Below, in pieces: positions 25,264 through 38,786 of a stretch of DNA of 64,000 nucleotides (the first letter of the stretch is position 1; the number at the start of each line of letters is the position of its first letter). This DNA comes from Pseudogymnoascus verrucosus. Taxonomy: Eukaryota. The notes below the pieces were generated by a model. The model worked only from the letters and a program-made list of their open reading frames with translations. It had not been told where the DNA came from and searched no databases. The stretch lies in the NCBI GenBank assembly GCA_001662655.1, contig KV460237.1; one strand, 5' to 3'. Position numbers and translations under genes: made by a program.

Positions 25264-26349
25264 AACCAGTCCCAGAATTACTCGTTACGATATCGAGATG
25301 CACCGAGGCTGAGCTAGGTCACTTGGAACTTCCAATCCATAGAAACCGCCTAAAATCATAGTGGGCTATATAGAAATAGCTGCAAGAAAGGGGGTCCACT
25401 CGGTCCCAGGAGGCAAGCTTTGAAGCTGAAAGATGTATAAGAGATCAATTGGTGTTTGCATGCGGCTGGTGATTAAATACCACTATCTAGATCAATTTGA
25501 TATATAAGTATTCGAATTCCAGTCTTCTTTCATGGACTTCAACTTTGAGGTCTCATCTACGATAGTGCAAATTAGGCCTCGCTGGTTCCATTGACACCTG
25601 CACACTACGGCTGGGTAGAGAGTCGTCTTATTATGGGACTCGCGGTTCGCATGGTCAACAACGTCCCTTCCTCTTTTGCTGAAATCGAACAGGCCACACA
25701 AGAATCTCGAAATACAATCTTATTTGGTTACGTTCTTCTCTGTAACTTTGGCTAATTTCTATCTGGCAGCTATAAACTACATCTGCAATCTCCCATTGCT
25801 CGCCTCCAAAAGCATCCCAACCATCTTTGATCAAACGCAGAATTGTATGCACTGTCCCGAACGCCGTATCTGCCCCTAGCACTTTCCAACCCCGCACCTT
25901 TATGTATACAGCAGCAGCGTGTTCAGAGGCAGTGAGGAGGTGTGATTAGGAATACTAACTTCGCAGCCTTGATGATTATCATGCAGCCCAAAAAACTTGG
26001 GCCAATGAACGCCTGGGGTAATTCGGCATCTTGCTCTTGATTTCTCAAGAGGCATATTACCCCTCCATAAACTGATGATGGCAACCCGGAAAGGGTCCGC
26101 GGGGTTGTTAAACCCCAGAGGCAAATCTCCAGCGCAGACAAACCCTGCATGGTTCGATACCCCTACGATCGGGTGCGCTAAACCCACAACCTCCTCGATA
26201 AATTGAGATTGGAGTGTAAGTTACTGATAGGCGAATCAGTTGAATTTGATGCAATGGCACCATGTATGTTGTAATGGAGATGGGGTTCATGTGTGAATGC
26301 CACGAGGGTCTCGAGAACGAGCCCGTAATTAAGCCTGCCACGGTCCCCA

Positions 26350-28123
26350 CTATACACTTTGAGGGTTAAAGTTTGCAGGCTACATCGAATTAGCTATGAT
26401 ATTCCTTGTTACGTTGGGAGACAGGGCCACAGTATTATAGGGCGTAGATATACAACTTACCGGACTGTTGAATGTGCTATTGCGCTTGTTTCTTCCCTTC
26501 TTAATGTGGCTTTTCAGCGCACTAGAGTCGAGAGGCTTAAGAAGTTCAAAGCTACAAAGAAGTTCGCTGGAGACGCTCATGACCGCGCCCCAGTTGTCAA
26601 ACTCGCCGCAATACTGTGGATAAAAATTAGCAATCGGCATGGGCATTGTGGCAATCGAAAGACTTACATTTGGCGCACTGAAAACAGTAACCAATACGCG
26701 GTCGTTGAAGAATTCATAACCATCCTCAACCACCATATGTGCTCGGCAAACCAAGTCAAAGTTATGCCGTTCCAAGAATTGCGTGATAACATTCTTTCCG
26801 AAGCAATAGCTGACACCCCGCTCATTGGCCTCCCAATCGGCCTCCATATCAGCGGGGTCAGACCAGAGCAAATCGTTGAGCAACCCATAATCAGGTACAT
26901 CTGTTGGCCTCGCAATATTGCGGATGTCATCCATGTGGCTCAGAGACGGAGAGAGGCCACCATGGACACAGAATATCTTCTCTGCCACAATAGCTGCGAT
27001 TGGCAGAGTGTTGAAGGTGTCAACAAATGTTTTCCAAATCTTAATATTGCAGCGGCGCTTGCACTCGTCATAAAACCCATACACTCGAGTGACATTGGCG
27101 CACTCATGATTGCCCCTGAGCAGAAAAAAGTTCTCGGGGTACCTCAACTTGTAGCACAGCAACAACAAAATGGTTTCCAGGGACTGCTTTCCACGATCAA
27201 CGTAGTCGCCGAGGAACAGGAAATTGGAGCTTGGTGGAGATCCACTCATTTCGAAAAGGCGGATCAGGTCAGGGTACTGCCCGTGTATATCTCCTACAAT
27301 CTTGACCGGAGCATCGAGCTCGAGAAGTGCTGGTTGAGATAGGAATACCTCGCGGGCAGCCACACAAATAGCTGTTATCTCTGCATTTTTGAGGCAGACT
27401 CCTTTGGTGACCTTTCCTGCATAAGCAGCATCTATCAACCGAGTTATGCAATCGTCAATATCAATTGACTTGGGATCCATCCCCATGCCTTGGTTCGAAG
27501 ACTCTTCGGCAGCGGCAATCAAATCATCAATATTGGTAGGGTTGATCGAGTTTTCTTTCTTGACCAGAATGGATTTTCCAGCCAGTTGTCCATGCGGGTG
27601 GGTGTTAAGAGTCCCTGACGCCGGCTGGTCGGAAACAACATCAACTTCACCACTTTGCTGCGCAGCAGCTACTCCTTCATGTGTTCCAGATGCCATAGAC
27701 GCAGATTGGATTGGCGATGGAGGAGGTTGCATAGCATCTGATGCATAGTTTCCCGTGTCAAAAGACGCGAGTGGCGACCTGTCCTCGGAGCGGCTCGTTC
27801 GGGACCGCCCACTTCTTCCGGACATAACAGATCCGGTATCATTGTCATTGTCCCCATTTGAGAGGCCTGAGTATGATTCGCGAGGGCTGTCGGTCTTCGA
27901 GGTGCCTGGTATTTTCGATCTATTGTAATTAGTGCCACGTCGTCTCTGTGTACGTAGGTGGGAACTACCTTAATGTCTTGAATGATCGCGTGCTCCCCAC
28001 AGTATCAGACTTTGAGAATGACGGCTGAGAAGTAATCGCAGGTCCCTTGTCTAGTGATGTCGAGGAGGAAGTCTTTCGGGGTGCGGAAGTTCCGGGACCA
28101 GACTTTGACGGTTGGTTGCCCAT
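26350..28123 (-). CDS. PPZ1: Ser/Thr protein phosphatase PP-Z, 4 exons
   Basis: Myristoylation-type start MGNQPSK, S-rich N-terminus, [31 protein letters not shown], last exon PANFNPQSV*. Confidence 0.95.
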
Positions 28124-29275
28124 GTCGCAAGAGCTTTACCCCAGGGATTCGGCGTAGCAATTGCGGGCGCTTCTGGAAGCCCTTGGCTTGAAGGTGGGTT
28201 CCAGGTTGGGCAATAGGTCCTTGGAGGCAAGGCCTGTCCAGTCATTAGCCGCATTCACGTCATGGATGGGGAGGATGGATAGCCCAATACTTACTACTAC
28301 AGCGATAAGAAATACAAATGGTACAAGCGGCCTCGGAGTGAGTTCCACGGATCAGGTCAGGCCAGGCAGTGTCGGTTTTCCGATGTGCTGTGATGGTTGT
28401 GGAGCAACGTAGCTGAGGGATATGGTGCCAGATAACGGATCACTTGGTTGCGCAGGTGTCTAGAATGGTCCGAGGTCAGTACTGCTATAGTTGGCATCCT
28501 TGGCCCCAGATTGAACCATGGAAGGATAATACGATGAGAGACGGGGCATAACTGACTGGAGATAGCTGATAGAGAATGCTGGTGGTTTGATGATTGCGAC
28601 AACAGACGGACGTATATGCAGGGTCAAAGTTTGGCCTTCGTGTCTCACGGGGCGGTATGATTGCCAGCGTTGTGGAAGGCGTCTCTGGAGTGATTGATCA
28701 CGGATAGTTGTCGGTACAGTAGAGTAGTTGCGTTTTGACTACAGTCTCTAATTCAGTGATGTTTGTTGATGATCATCGTCAAGGCGGGCCAATGGTCAGG
28801 ATGACATAAGCGAATAAGGTTTAAATCTCGGGCCTAGATCCGCTGACCTTTCACCATACAAACTGTATGCGCTCTACTGATGAACTCGTATGGACTACTA
28901 CTGCACCTATAGTGCTTGCATATAACAGCTTTCTAAAATAAATCAAAGCGATGGCGCCGGAGAAGATCGGTCAGATATTACAGCGATGCGCATTTCAATG
29001 TTCTGGCCAAAGTAACGTCACAAATATATCAAGGACGTTGGAATAGTCGGCGACAGAAGTGCTTGAGACAATTTCTATTGTGAAGCTGTCGGAAAATACT
29101 CTATCTACAAAAAGGTATCATCTATCCAGCTTTCTCTAGCATGGAGATATTTCGTCATAACATCATTGCTTCAAATCCCGCTCCACCAGTCTACTACCAG
29201 CAGAGTTCCCAAACGCCGTGCAATGCCGCCTTAGCAAACAAGCAGTGAAAATAACAAAAAAAAGGAGATGTAGGT

Positions 29276-30283
29276 TTAGACAGCATGGTGCGAGTATGGC
29301 TCATACGCTTGTGCGCGATCAGCCGCCTTGACGTTGTGCATTGGGATTGCATGCTGTTGCTGGTTGTAGACACCCGACTGCTGGCCCATGTATGGCGAAC
29401 CCTGGTATGGGTCGTGGACGGGTTGGTAGCCTCTTGTGCCGAGGAGCTTCTCCGAGTCACCTGCACGGCTATGGCGATTGTCCTTTCTCGCATTGGCGCA
29501 GCAACAGACCGAGAACAGCCAAAAGAGGCCAGAGGCGACAGAGGCAGCTGCACCGATCCAGATGACGGCGAGCCACGCGGTGTTGATTGAACTCTCAACA
29601 CCGTAGTGCTTCACGGATGCGGTGAGGGCTCCAACGACAACACTAGACGTCACCGTTGCCAACGTTGCGAAGCCAATGATAGCAAGGCATGAGATGCCAC
29701 TGATTATCCAGGTACAGCAAGAACCAATTCTCGAGAAAAAGCCGGCGATCCCAACCAATACTGTGAGGGCGGTCGTAACGCAAGCAATAATATACACCAC
29801 CTCAGTCCACTTGACCAAGGTCGCGAAAGTCTTTAATCCCGTCTTCACTGCGTCTGGAATAGTAACGGATATGTTGGCATCCGAAGTGAGCTTCTCGAGT
29901 GTGGTCGTGTCGGTGAAGTTAGAAGCGTAGTCGAATGTCGGTTTACTCTTGGTGGTGACATCGCCCACGAGCTCGGCATAGTTCCACAGGAAGAAGTCGT
30001 ACTTGTCGCCGAGGCCCAGGCTAGAAGCTGTGAGAGAGAAGTCGGTCACAGCGGTAACATCGCTCGAATCGATACCGGCGGCATCGGCGGCATCCTTGAC
30101 CTTTTGTTTGAAATCCAAGTTTTGAAACTGCTCGGCAGTTATGCTGAGGTTCTTCGGTGCGACCTCGAAAAGGTGCAGATTTGAGCTTGTGACACCAGCG
30201 AGGCCAACGATGAGGAGACAGACGAGGGAGATGGTGGTTAGAATAAATGGTAGCGCAACACAGAAGAATCTCCCGACGCCCAT
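29276..30283 (-). CDS. SUR7/PalI family tetraspan membrane protein
   Basis: 335-aa single ORF with an N-terminal TM, LGLGDKYDFFLWNY motif, three further TMs and a Cys cluster (SVCCC). Confidence 0.85.
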   Translation of the reverse strand: MGVGRFFCVALPFILTTISLVCLLIVGLAGVTSSNLHLFEVAPKNLSITAEQFQNLDFKQKVKDAADAAGIDSSDVTAVTDFSLTASSLGLGDKYDFFLWNYAELVGDVTTKSKPTFDYASNFTDTTTLEKLTSDANISVTIPDAVKTGLKTFATLVKWTEVVYIIACVTTALTVLVGIAGFFSRIGSCCTWIISGISCLAIIGFATLATVTSSVVVGALTASVKHYGVESSINTAWLAVIWIGAAASVASGLFWLFSVCCCANARKDNRHSRAGDSEKLLGTRGYQPVHDPYQGSPYMGQQSGVYNQQQHAIPMHNVKAADRAQAYEPYSHHAV

Positions 30284-31490
30284 CTTGGGATAGATTTCCG
30301 TTCAACCGAACGGGTAGGACAGTGTAGGTGACGGATAGGTGCAGAGCGAGTGAAGGTTGAACGTGAAACGTCAACGGAGGTTGTTGAGAGTGAGTGAGAT
30401 GAAGGTGGAAGGAGGTCGTGTGGTCGTGTGGTCGTGATGATGGTCGTGATGATGGTGAAGATGAAGGTGAAGGTGGTAGTGAGAGTAAATTCAATGCTGA
30501 CTGTGGGATGCGGGCATATTATATTGAGAAGTGCACAGTAAGATTGCGAGTACCATGACCATGACGGTGGAGAGTGTGGTGGAGAGTGGAGGGCGGTGGC
30601 TGACGCGTGGAGAACTCAGCCCCCGAAAACCGCGCCCCTGTGGTCCCCAAGACAACAACTGGAGACAACACTGGGGCTGAAATACACTCATGTACGTAGT
30701 ACTGCCCCACAGGGGTCAATCCGTCAGTTTGAAGTGTGGTGTACCGTACACATGATGCCTGCACATACCTTGCCATATACATACTTTGCTAATAGCAGTA
30801 ATGATTATAGTACAGTGGTGCTCTAACACAGACGCGATGAAGGATTGAGGGATTTGAAGGATGGAAGTTATTCTCGCCAAGAGGAATAGAGTGGACAGAG
30901 CACATACGGAGAAGCTTCGTACAGTACTGAGTATCTATTTGCACTCTCTACATACCAGCCACCACGATAATCACCCTCAAACACCTCATTCTACACTCTA
31001 GAAGGGGGCATACTCTACGGTAAGACGGGGCTGGGATATCTCAATTGCGCTCACAAACACTACTATCCTGCGCATATCAGAGCAGAAGAAAGTATGGTTG
31101 ATATTTACAGAATAGGCTAGATTTGAGCGCTGTGTGGTGCTACTATAGTAGTCTTCCTTCACTGCCCCCGTCTGTGAGCCTTGGCGGGGTATCCAATCTA
31201 AATATAGACAACTCTCCAGCCCTATCGCCACTTGCGTTCCGCTCCGAACCACGAACCACAAACTCCACGTCTCTCTTCTCTCCCGAATGATGCTCTCCCG
31301 TGATTGTTCCTGTGGTACGTGGTAACCTGCAGTTGACGTGGCTTTGAGGCTGAATCCTTCAAAAATCACCTCTTCTCGTTCAACCTTTCACCGATCTGGA
31401 GGACTGACCAGTCTCGAGGACTAGCTGTTGGTGGCGTTATCTCTGCGACCAAAAATGGCAGTCGTCTTCGGCAGAGCTATCCAACACGTC

Positions 31491-34442
31491 CTATCGGCGC
31501 CCACGCGTATTTCTCAAGGCTGGTCGTGCTCGCTTGGGCCCTTGTTGGGAGCCTGGTTCGATATAATCTTCGTCATCGTCCCTCGCGCGGTTCCCTTTGG
31601 TCGCTGTTGCAAGCCAGTCTGGGAAATCCTCGAATATATCATCTCGCTCGTCATCCTCATCCGCTCCATCCCCCGTCCCACCCTTAGTATTTTTGATAGG
31701 GCTCACCTGAGGCTCCGTTCCCTGTTGTTTTGCCGACTTCCTCTCAGCATTGGAAGACCCAACACCGTCCTTCAGCTTCTCAATGCGCTTAAACTCTTTC
31801 CCGTAATCAAAAAACAACTCCTCTCCTGCATCCAGGCTTTCGGTTGCATAAAACCCTATGCGGTGCTCAGAATTGACGAGCAGGACTTTAGCCTGGCAGT
31901 TTTTGCCCACTTCAGAGTGGTTGATGAAACTATAGTAATTGTTAGCAGGTGTGATGAATGCTAGTGCAAACCAGATATGTAACGCACCGAGTAGCATTGC
32001 CAAACCACATAGAGTCTATGGCCACTTCCGCATTTAAATTAAAGATGTACGAGTTTCCTATCCTTTTCTGAAAGTCATCTCGCCGTTCAACCTCGGCGTT
32101 GTCAATAATCTCTCCGACATACTCGGCGATGAAATCGCCAGTTTGAACAGGCTCTGCAAGATATAACCCATTCCCAATGCCCTCGATGGAGCTCTCTCCC
32201 ACCAGTACCTTCTTCCCCTCGCCGCGTTGGATTTCGCAGTTGTGGCACTTGGTATTCGAGATTGGACCTTGAGTCCTAACTGATTCGGCGACGCTGCATT
32301 TGTGGCAGAGATCTGGGTCGCATTCTCGGTTAAGGAGGCGACATGTGCATTTCTTGGGGGGGCATGGTCCAGTACAGGTGCATCCATGGTATCGAGCGTC
32401 ACAGCTTTGTGGGCATGTGCAGAATTTATCACAACAAATCCCGTTGCTTACGCAGGTGCATTTCTCCCCAGCAACGAAGCAATTTTGCCCTGGGTGATGA
32501 CAAGGCCTAGGCTGAGAACGTTTCTCATGCATATACTCTACCTTCAAATCACGCCAATCAAATTTCTTAGATCTTCTGCCTTCGCCAGGTACCATATCGT
32601 CAAGTTCAATGCGCCGGTTACTCAGCTTCTTAAGATGGCGATGAACTTCTGAGCATTGTTTGCCTAACATGGGTGCGATTAAGCAAGATGCCCTCATGTT
32701 TTTGCGTTTTCGCATAGAAGCAGCCAGTTCCTGCATAGATGCGTGGTCATCTTCTGTCCAATTTCCTTCGTTACCCAGCTCTTCATTGGATGGGTTCAGG
32801 TGGCATGCCGCAGAGCAATGGTATAGTCGTCTTTGTTCGCTACCATCGCTGTCACCTTCGCTTTCGTTTTCGATAGAGTTCCCTTCTCTATGATAAGTCC
32901 GCGTTCGTGTGTGTGGCATGCTGTAAGGCTGGTACATAGCGCTAGACCGGTTGCTCGGGTTTTCTTCATCCGTTGTGTCACTTGAGTCGCTCTCATTCAC
33001 GTCACTGTCGTTTTCATCAAATCTCCCATGGATGTGGCACTGAGTTACACAAAAGTCTCAGCACGCTATACTATAAAAAGGGGGGTACAAAACTTACCTG
33101 ATGGGCAGAACAAATTAGGCAGCTTTCTCGAGAGTATCTTTCCAACGTCTTTGCCAATGGATCTAGAGAAACTGTCGGGCTTTTCTGTGGTTTGGTTGCG
33201 TGAGTTTCAAGGTCAAAAAACGACCCCAATGGTATTCCAAATGCCTTTTCAACATGATAACTTGGATGATTCGCGTCTTTCTGGCCGAAGGTTTCATACA
33301 GGCCCTCTTTTTCAAGATAATTCCTGCATTCCTGGTAGGCCGACCTTATTTGTGGTAAATATACCCCAATACTCGAGAGCTTTTCTCTTCCTCGGCTACG
33401 CTTAGCAAGTTTGGCACACGATATCATGGACTTCCGAAGAGCAGCTTCCACTTCTTTTTTTGAATTGGAATTCTTATTTATAACAAATGGCTCAGGCGGC
33501 AGCTACATTAATGTTAGTGGGTCATCATGGCCTCTCGTAGGAATAACTCACTCGTGTGTTGTTCGCCAGTCGACTCCGATCTATTTCGACGTAGTAATTG
33601 TATGTCGGCACTGCCCTTTCTGGAGTTTGTATACTCTTCCCCTGCAAGAACGTTTGCGGGCGTGTTTTTTTGGCGACCTATTTAATGAAGTCAGACGCTG
33701 CGACCCCCGCATGTAGTGAACCACATACATGGTGAATAATAGCAATGGGTGAAGTACAAGTCCCGCCTTGCTGGTGAGCTTCCATGCTCTGCATGGAGGC
33801 CATATGATTTTCTGTGGCAGTGAATTTAGGCTGAGCCTGGAATTGGGATTGAACTTCGAGAGTGTGTCTTGTCATGGATGACTGGTCCTTCTCCATTTCT
33901 CGGGAAATCTCTCCCAATCCTCTATCTAGTACATCATAGCAGGACTCTTCGCCTGCAGGATGTCCCTGATCTGTCCCCCAAATCAGCAGAGGAACATCGA
34001 AATTGTGGCTGAAAGTAAAGACATGAAAAATAGATATAGACCTTGTTCCCTGTACCACCCCCAAATTAAACTCACCTGACGAGAAGCTTTGAATATGCAT
34101 AGCCATCCCTAGAGATACCATCGGAGCATCATGAGGAGTATAAAGATCTGCTAACTCCGACTTCATAGACTCCGGGTTGCCATCTGCTTTTGGTACATAA
34201 GCTGGCTGTATTGGAGGAATACGTGGAGGCTTTATTTGCTTCGCTAAAAAGTGGTCAGAAAGTTGTACAGGACCAAAGTATATTGTTTGAAAGGAGCGTA
34301 TTTGGCGTACAGCCAGCTTACCCTGGTAATCCAACAACTCTATGACTTCGACTTCGTCATCTGAGATATCGATGAATTGAGGATGAGCTGTGGGAGAATC
34401 TGGAATTTCGATGACTTCCCGTTCACCTGTGGTAAGGGGCAT
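31491..34442 (-). CDS. Enhancer of zeste-like histone H3K27 methyltransferase (CXC + SET; KMT6/SET-7 type), multi-exon
   Basis: CXC PCHHPGQNC...CDKFCTC...GCTC...C...NRECDPDLC followed by SET GLY...FIAEYVGEII...SYIFNLN...GNATR|FINHS...HRIG...GEELFFDYG. Intron at 31930-31987. The start and 5' exon structure are uncertain. Confidence 0.85.
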
Positions 34443-34825
34443 GGTGGTATCTGTGCCACAACAGAGCTGTATGTTCAGGTCTTGGCAGTTTATTTGTATG
34501 GTCTTAAGGGTTACCAATGAGATCCAGTGTGTTGAAGTTGAATCATAACTTCTTCATCCAACATAGCGAGTGGTCCAAGAAATTTCAATAGAAATTTAAT
34601 TTATACCTGTTATAAATTCATACATTTTGAGGTACTGTTCAATTGTTGGTGGTGCATAATAACTGCGATGGCTCGCCAAGCTCCTCGTGCACTTGGGGTA
34701 TCCAGATATTAGCAGAGCACGGACCATGTAATGTACCTTGTTGGCTATTACGGGGACCGATAGTTCACAATACGTCGTTGTCGTCGCCGTTTCAGGGTCT
34801 CACTCTGACATCAACAACCCTTTTG

Positions 34826-34857
34826 AAATCAAACCAAATCAAATCAAATCAAATCAA
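34826..34857. repeat. (AAATC)n microsatellite in the RPEL gene leader
   Basis: aaatcaaaccaaatcaaatcaaatcaaatcaa. Confidence 0.8.
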
Positions 34858-34905
34858 GCCAAAAGTTACAGGTTCAAATTAACTATCAAAACTAATTCTG
34901 CCAGT

Positions 34906-35516
34906 ATGGCCGATCAAACTTCATCAACTGTTGATGAGTCCCCAATTTCTCCCGTTCGGGAGGCACGCGTCCGACAGAACTCCCTCGAGAAGCATCTCCA
35001 ACATAGGCCGGAGCAACAAGAGCTCAAGGACCGACACATTCTCCTCGATACAAACGCCGCTCCGTGAGCACATCACACCCGTTTTTCTCTTCTGATGCGT
35101 GTATATGGGGAGCTAATTATCGGGTTCATCCAGGTCGCTTCAGTCAGCTGCGATTGACCTCGAGCACAAGCTGGCAGCCAAAAACCTGAAGAAAGACCTC
35201 GAAAAGAGAAGTCAACGCGAGACCTTGGTTGAGCGTAAGATATATTCTAAGCTCGGTATGCTACCTGTTATCAAGCCCCTAACTCTTCCCAGGAAACATT
35301 CTCCCTGAATCGAATGCTGCCCCCGCTCTCGTTGCTCATCAGAGAGACCTTGCAAAGCACATGCGTAGAGACAGTTTGCACGACAAGCTATCGCATCGAC
35401 CAACCGCTGAAGAGCTTATCAAAGGGGGTGTGCTCCATGAAGACCCTACCTCTGTGGATGATCTGTACACGGAGAGGATCGAGGAGGAATATGCCAAACG
35501 CGAGGGCGGCGCTTGA
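34906..35516 (+). CDS. Small fungal RPEL-repeat protein, 3 exons
   Basis: SLEKHLQHRPEQQELKDRHIL, LEKRSQRETLVER|NIL, LHDKLSHRPTAEELIKGGVL, ending IEEEYAKREGGA*. Confidence 0.9.
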
Positions 35517-35988
35517 TTACAGGGCATCATTGCTGAGACAAAGGTACCAGATGAAGCCAAGGATCTGATGAAACAGAATGATAGCTTAGTCTCCTAAATG
35601 AAATTCATTTGTCTTCTCGACCTCTCTATAAGCTGTGATAGAAAGTAGCCATTCATTACTCCAATAAATTATTGGTAAAATACTTCAGCAGCTGGGCCTC
35701 GTTTCTCACACTGGCCCCCATTGTTAGCTTCGTAAATGAGGGGTATCCGGGGTGACGCACCTACGTACCCTCTGTTATCGACTTTGTCTATCACGTGACT
35801 TCGCGTAAGGTGGCGTTCATGTCGCGTCGAGGTTGAATCGTTGAAGGCCTTCAATCCGTATCATCTCAATGTCGATGAGCGTGTCTCACTTCTTTTAGTC
35901 ATGTTTTGATATGGGCAGTTTAAATGACTACTGTAATCCCCTCGCCATTAGCATGAGACTGTCGGTGTGACCAAAGTAGAGATTTGCA

Positions 35989-37915
35989 ATGACTGCAAAC
36001 CCGAATACTTTGGAACACGATGACCAAGAGACGAATTTACACGATACCTTAAAATACTCTCTTTTGGGTCCTTCGTTGACCAAATCAGGACAAGATTCTG
36101 TGGACCAGAAGAAGGTATGATTGACTGGCTACCCAAGAAGGCCCTTAACTAAAAGGCTTACAGGTCTCGGATATTATTTACGATGCCAGTAAAGGATCTA
36201 AATTCTTCACCCATGAAGAGAACAGGGATAAGCTTCTCACCGTAAAGATCGAAAAGATTTTAGAGAAGAAGGCTCGCCTAGAGAAACTAAACCTCACGAG
36301 AGATCAGAAGAAAGCAGACGAATATGTCGCCGAGCTTGAACTCTCCCGAGACCTCTCACAGACTATAGTTCATGTAGACTGCGACGCATTCTATGCGGCA
36401 GTCGAAGAACTAGACCGCCCGGAATTAAAACAAGTCCCCTTTGCTGTGGGAAAAGGGGTGCTCACGACCTGTAACTACCATGCTCGAAAGTTTGGATGTC
36501 GGAGTGGGATGGCTGGATTCGTGGCCAGAAAACTTTGCCCAGAGTTGATCCAACTACCTCTAAATTTCGAGAAATACACGGCCAAAGCTCGGGAGGTTCG
36601 TGAGATTATTGCCCGATACGACCCAAGATTCGAGAGCGCCAGCATCGACGAGGCGTACCTAAACATTACGAGTTACTGTGAGTCTAACAATATTGTTCCG
36701 GACGAGGCTGTGGAGCAGCTCCGTCAAGAGGTCCATGACAAAACCAAAATCACTATATCGGCGGGGATAGCTGCAAACACAAAGCTTGCAAAGATATGCT
36801 CAAATATGAATAAGCCGAATGGTCAATATAGGCTCCAGAATGATCGAGGGGCAATTATGGCGTTTATGGACACCCTGCCGACACGGAAAGTGAATGGTGT
36901 TGGACGAGTCTTTGAACGTGAACTAGACGCAGTGGGGGTCAAGACTTGTGGTGACATCTATCAGTACCGACAGTACCTCTCCAAGCTATTCGGCGAGAAA
37001 GCGTTCAACTTCCTTATACATTGTTACCTCGGCCTTGGAAGGACCGATACGCAACCAGCTGAAGAATATGAGCGAAAAAGCGTTGGTACAGAGAGTACTT
37101 TTGGGGACCTCAGCAGTCACAAAGGTCTCCGTGACAAGTTAGAAAAAACAGCACAAGATCTCGAAAAGGACATGATAAAGGCCCAAGTCAAGGGTAGAAC
37201 ACTGGTGCTCAAGGTCAAGCTCCATACGTACGAGGTATTGACGCGACAGATAATACCACCGAAGGCTGTTTACCTTGCCCCTGATCTGTATAGATACTCT
37301 CTTCCGATGCTATCGAAATTAGAACAGGAATTCAAAGGCCTAACCCTACGACTTATGGGCCTTAGGTGTACACATCTAATCACTATGAAGAAGCCAGACT
37401 CCTTGGCGTTCTTTGGACACCCCAAAATGCGCAACAGTCCTGCGTCGAGTGGACCTGCTTCTGGGACAAATGAGTCAAAGGAGGAACCGTTGGAAGCGGG
37501 TGGTACTTCGTCTTTGGGAGCTTGGCCAGGTGAAGACTTTGAAGAAGCTGCAAAGGATGAATACCAAGAGGAGCTGGAGGAACTGGAGATTCTTAGCCAA
37601 CTGGAAGAGCTCGGGAATCAACAACCTAGCGGGGGGTCATTAGACACCGAAACCAAACCAGAGTCAGAAGATAGGTGGTGGGACTGCCCAATATGCCTAC
37701 GCCCGCAGATGGGGGATTGTAACGAGCATATAGACATGTGCCTATCGCGGCCGACCATCTTGGGTTTAGTGAAGGAAGCCGCCCGAGAAGCTTCGTCTGC
37801 TTCAGCCTCGGCAGAGAAAGGAAAAGGACTCTCAAAGCGCGGTCGGCAGGATAGTGGGAAGTCTCGTACTGGGTTAAAAGACGACCCTAAACAGACCAGA
37901 CTATCTTTTAATTAA
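35989..37915 (+). CDS. POLK: Y-family DNA polymerase kappa (DinB-like), 2 exons
   Basis: N-clasp TLKYSLLGPSLTKSGQDSVDQKK|VSDIIYDASKGSKFF, HVDCDAFYA, TCNYHARKFG, SIDEAYL, ERKSVGTE and a UBZ-like CPIC...NEHIDMCL. Confidence 0.94.
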
Positions 37916-38127
37916 AGCCCTTTAGCTATATTAATGTCTTCGAATGTATAGGGACGCAAATCGTCATGTATGCACATGGCTCGGTGAACTTGCTTTTTGA
38001 GGAGTTCAAACGGGATGGTACATAATCAGTTGTATCACACAATTTCTGTGTAATGGTATGTAATTGTAGGCTTTTTGGATATAGTCGGTACGATCATTCC
38101 TATGTCTCCTCAATCTGTATATCTTTC

Positions 38128-38786
38128 TTATAGCTCATTGTGCTCCTGTCCACCAGCATCGGTATCCTCGAGGGTGACCTTCACCGCCTCGGCCGCATCC
38201 TCAATCTTAGCCTTTATCTTCTCCTTGACTCCCTCGGTCTCCTCGCTGGCGGCCTCCTTAAGGACAATGCTGGCTGGAGCCTCGACTCCCTTGATGCCCA
38301 TCAACTCGGTCTCGAAGACTAGTATTTGTTAGTGGCGGCCAAGACAACTGAGGGGGGGAATACATACTCAGTGTGCTGCCGGCTGGGATTGGTCCCATGT
38401 TTCTGTCTCCGTAGCCAAGGTTGGGGGGGATAGTGAGAGTCCTCTTCTCTCCAATGCACATATCGAGGAGTCCCTCATCCCATCTGGAGAGGGTGTTAGC
38501 TGCTGTTGTGGCACATTCAAAGGACAGCAGCGTATACGCACCCTTTGATAACCTGTCCCTGACCGACAACGAAGCTCAATGGCGAGCCACGGTTGTAGCT
38601 TGCATCGAATTCCGAGCCATCAGCCTGGAGCGAGCCTCTGTAGTGGACATCGACCTTGTCTCCCCTCTGCGTCTTGCGCTCGCACTCGACGGCTCTGGTG
38701 ACCTCAATATTCAGCTCCGGGTCGGCAGCGAGAACGATAGAGGTAGCCGAAGCTAGGACGGCGATTGAAAGTGTTGAGAAACGCAT
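38128..38786 (-). CDS. FPR2: ER FKBP-type peptidyl-prolyl isomerase with C-terminal HNEL, 3 exons
   Basis: Signal peptide, [47 protein letters not shown], ending EHNEL*. Confidence 0.94.

Noticed and set aside
26100..26180. GGTTCGATAC B-box/T-loop-like motif with nearby hairpins
   Set aside because: No cloverleaf or acceptor stem could be built; it lies in the PPZ1 3' region.
26359..27342. 327-aa + strand ORF
   Set aside because: Antisense shadow of the PPZ1 catalytic domain, with no independent features.
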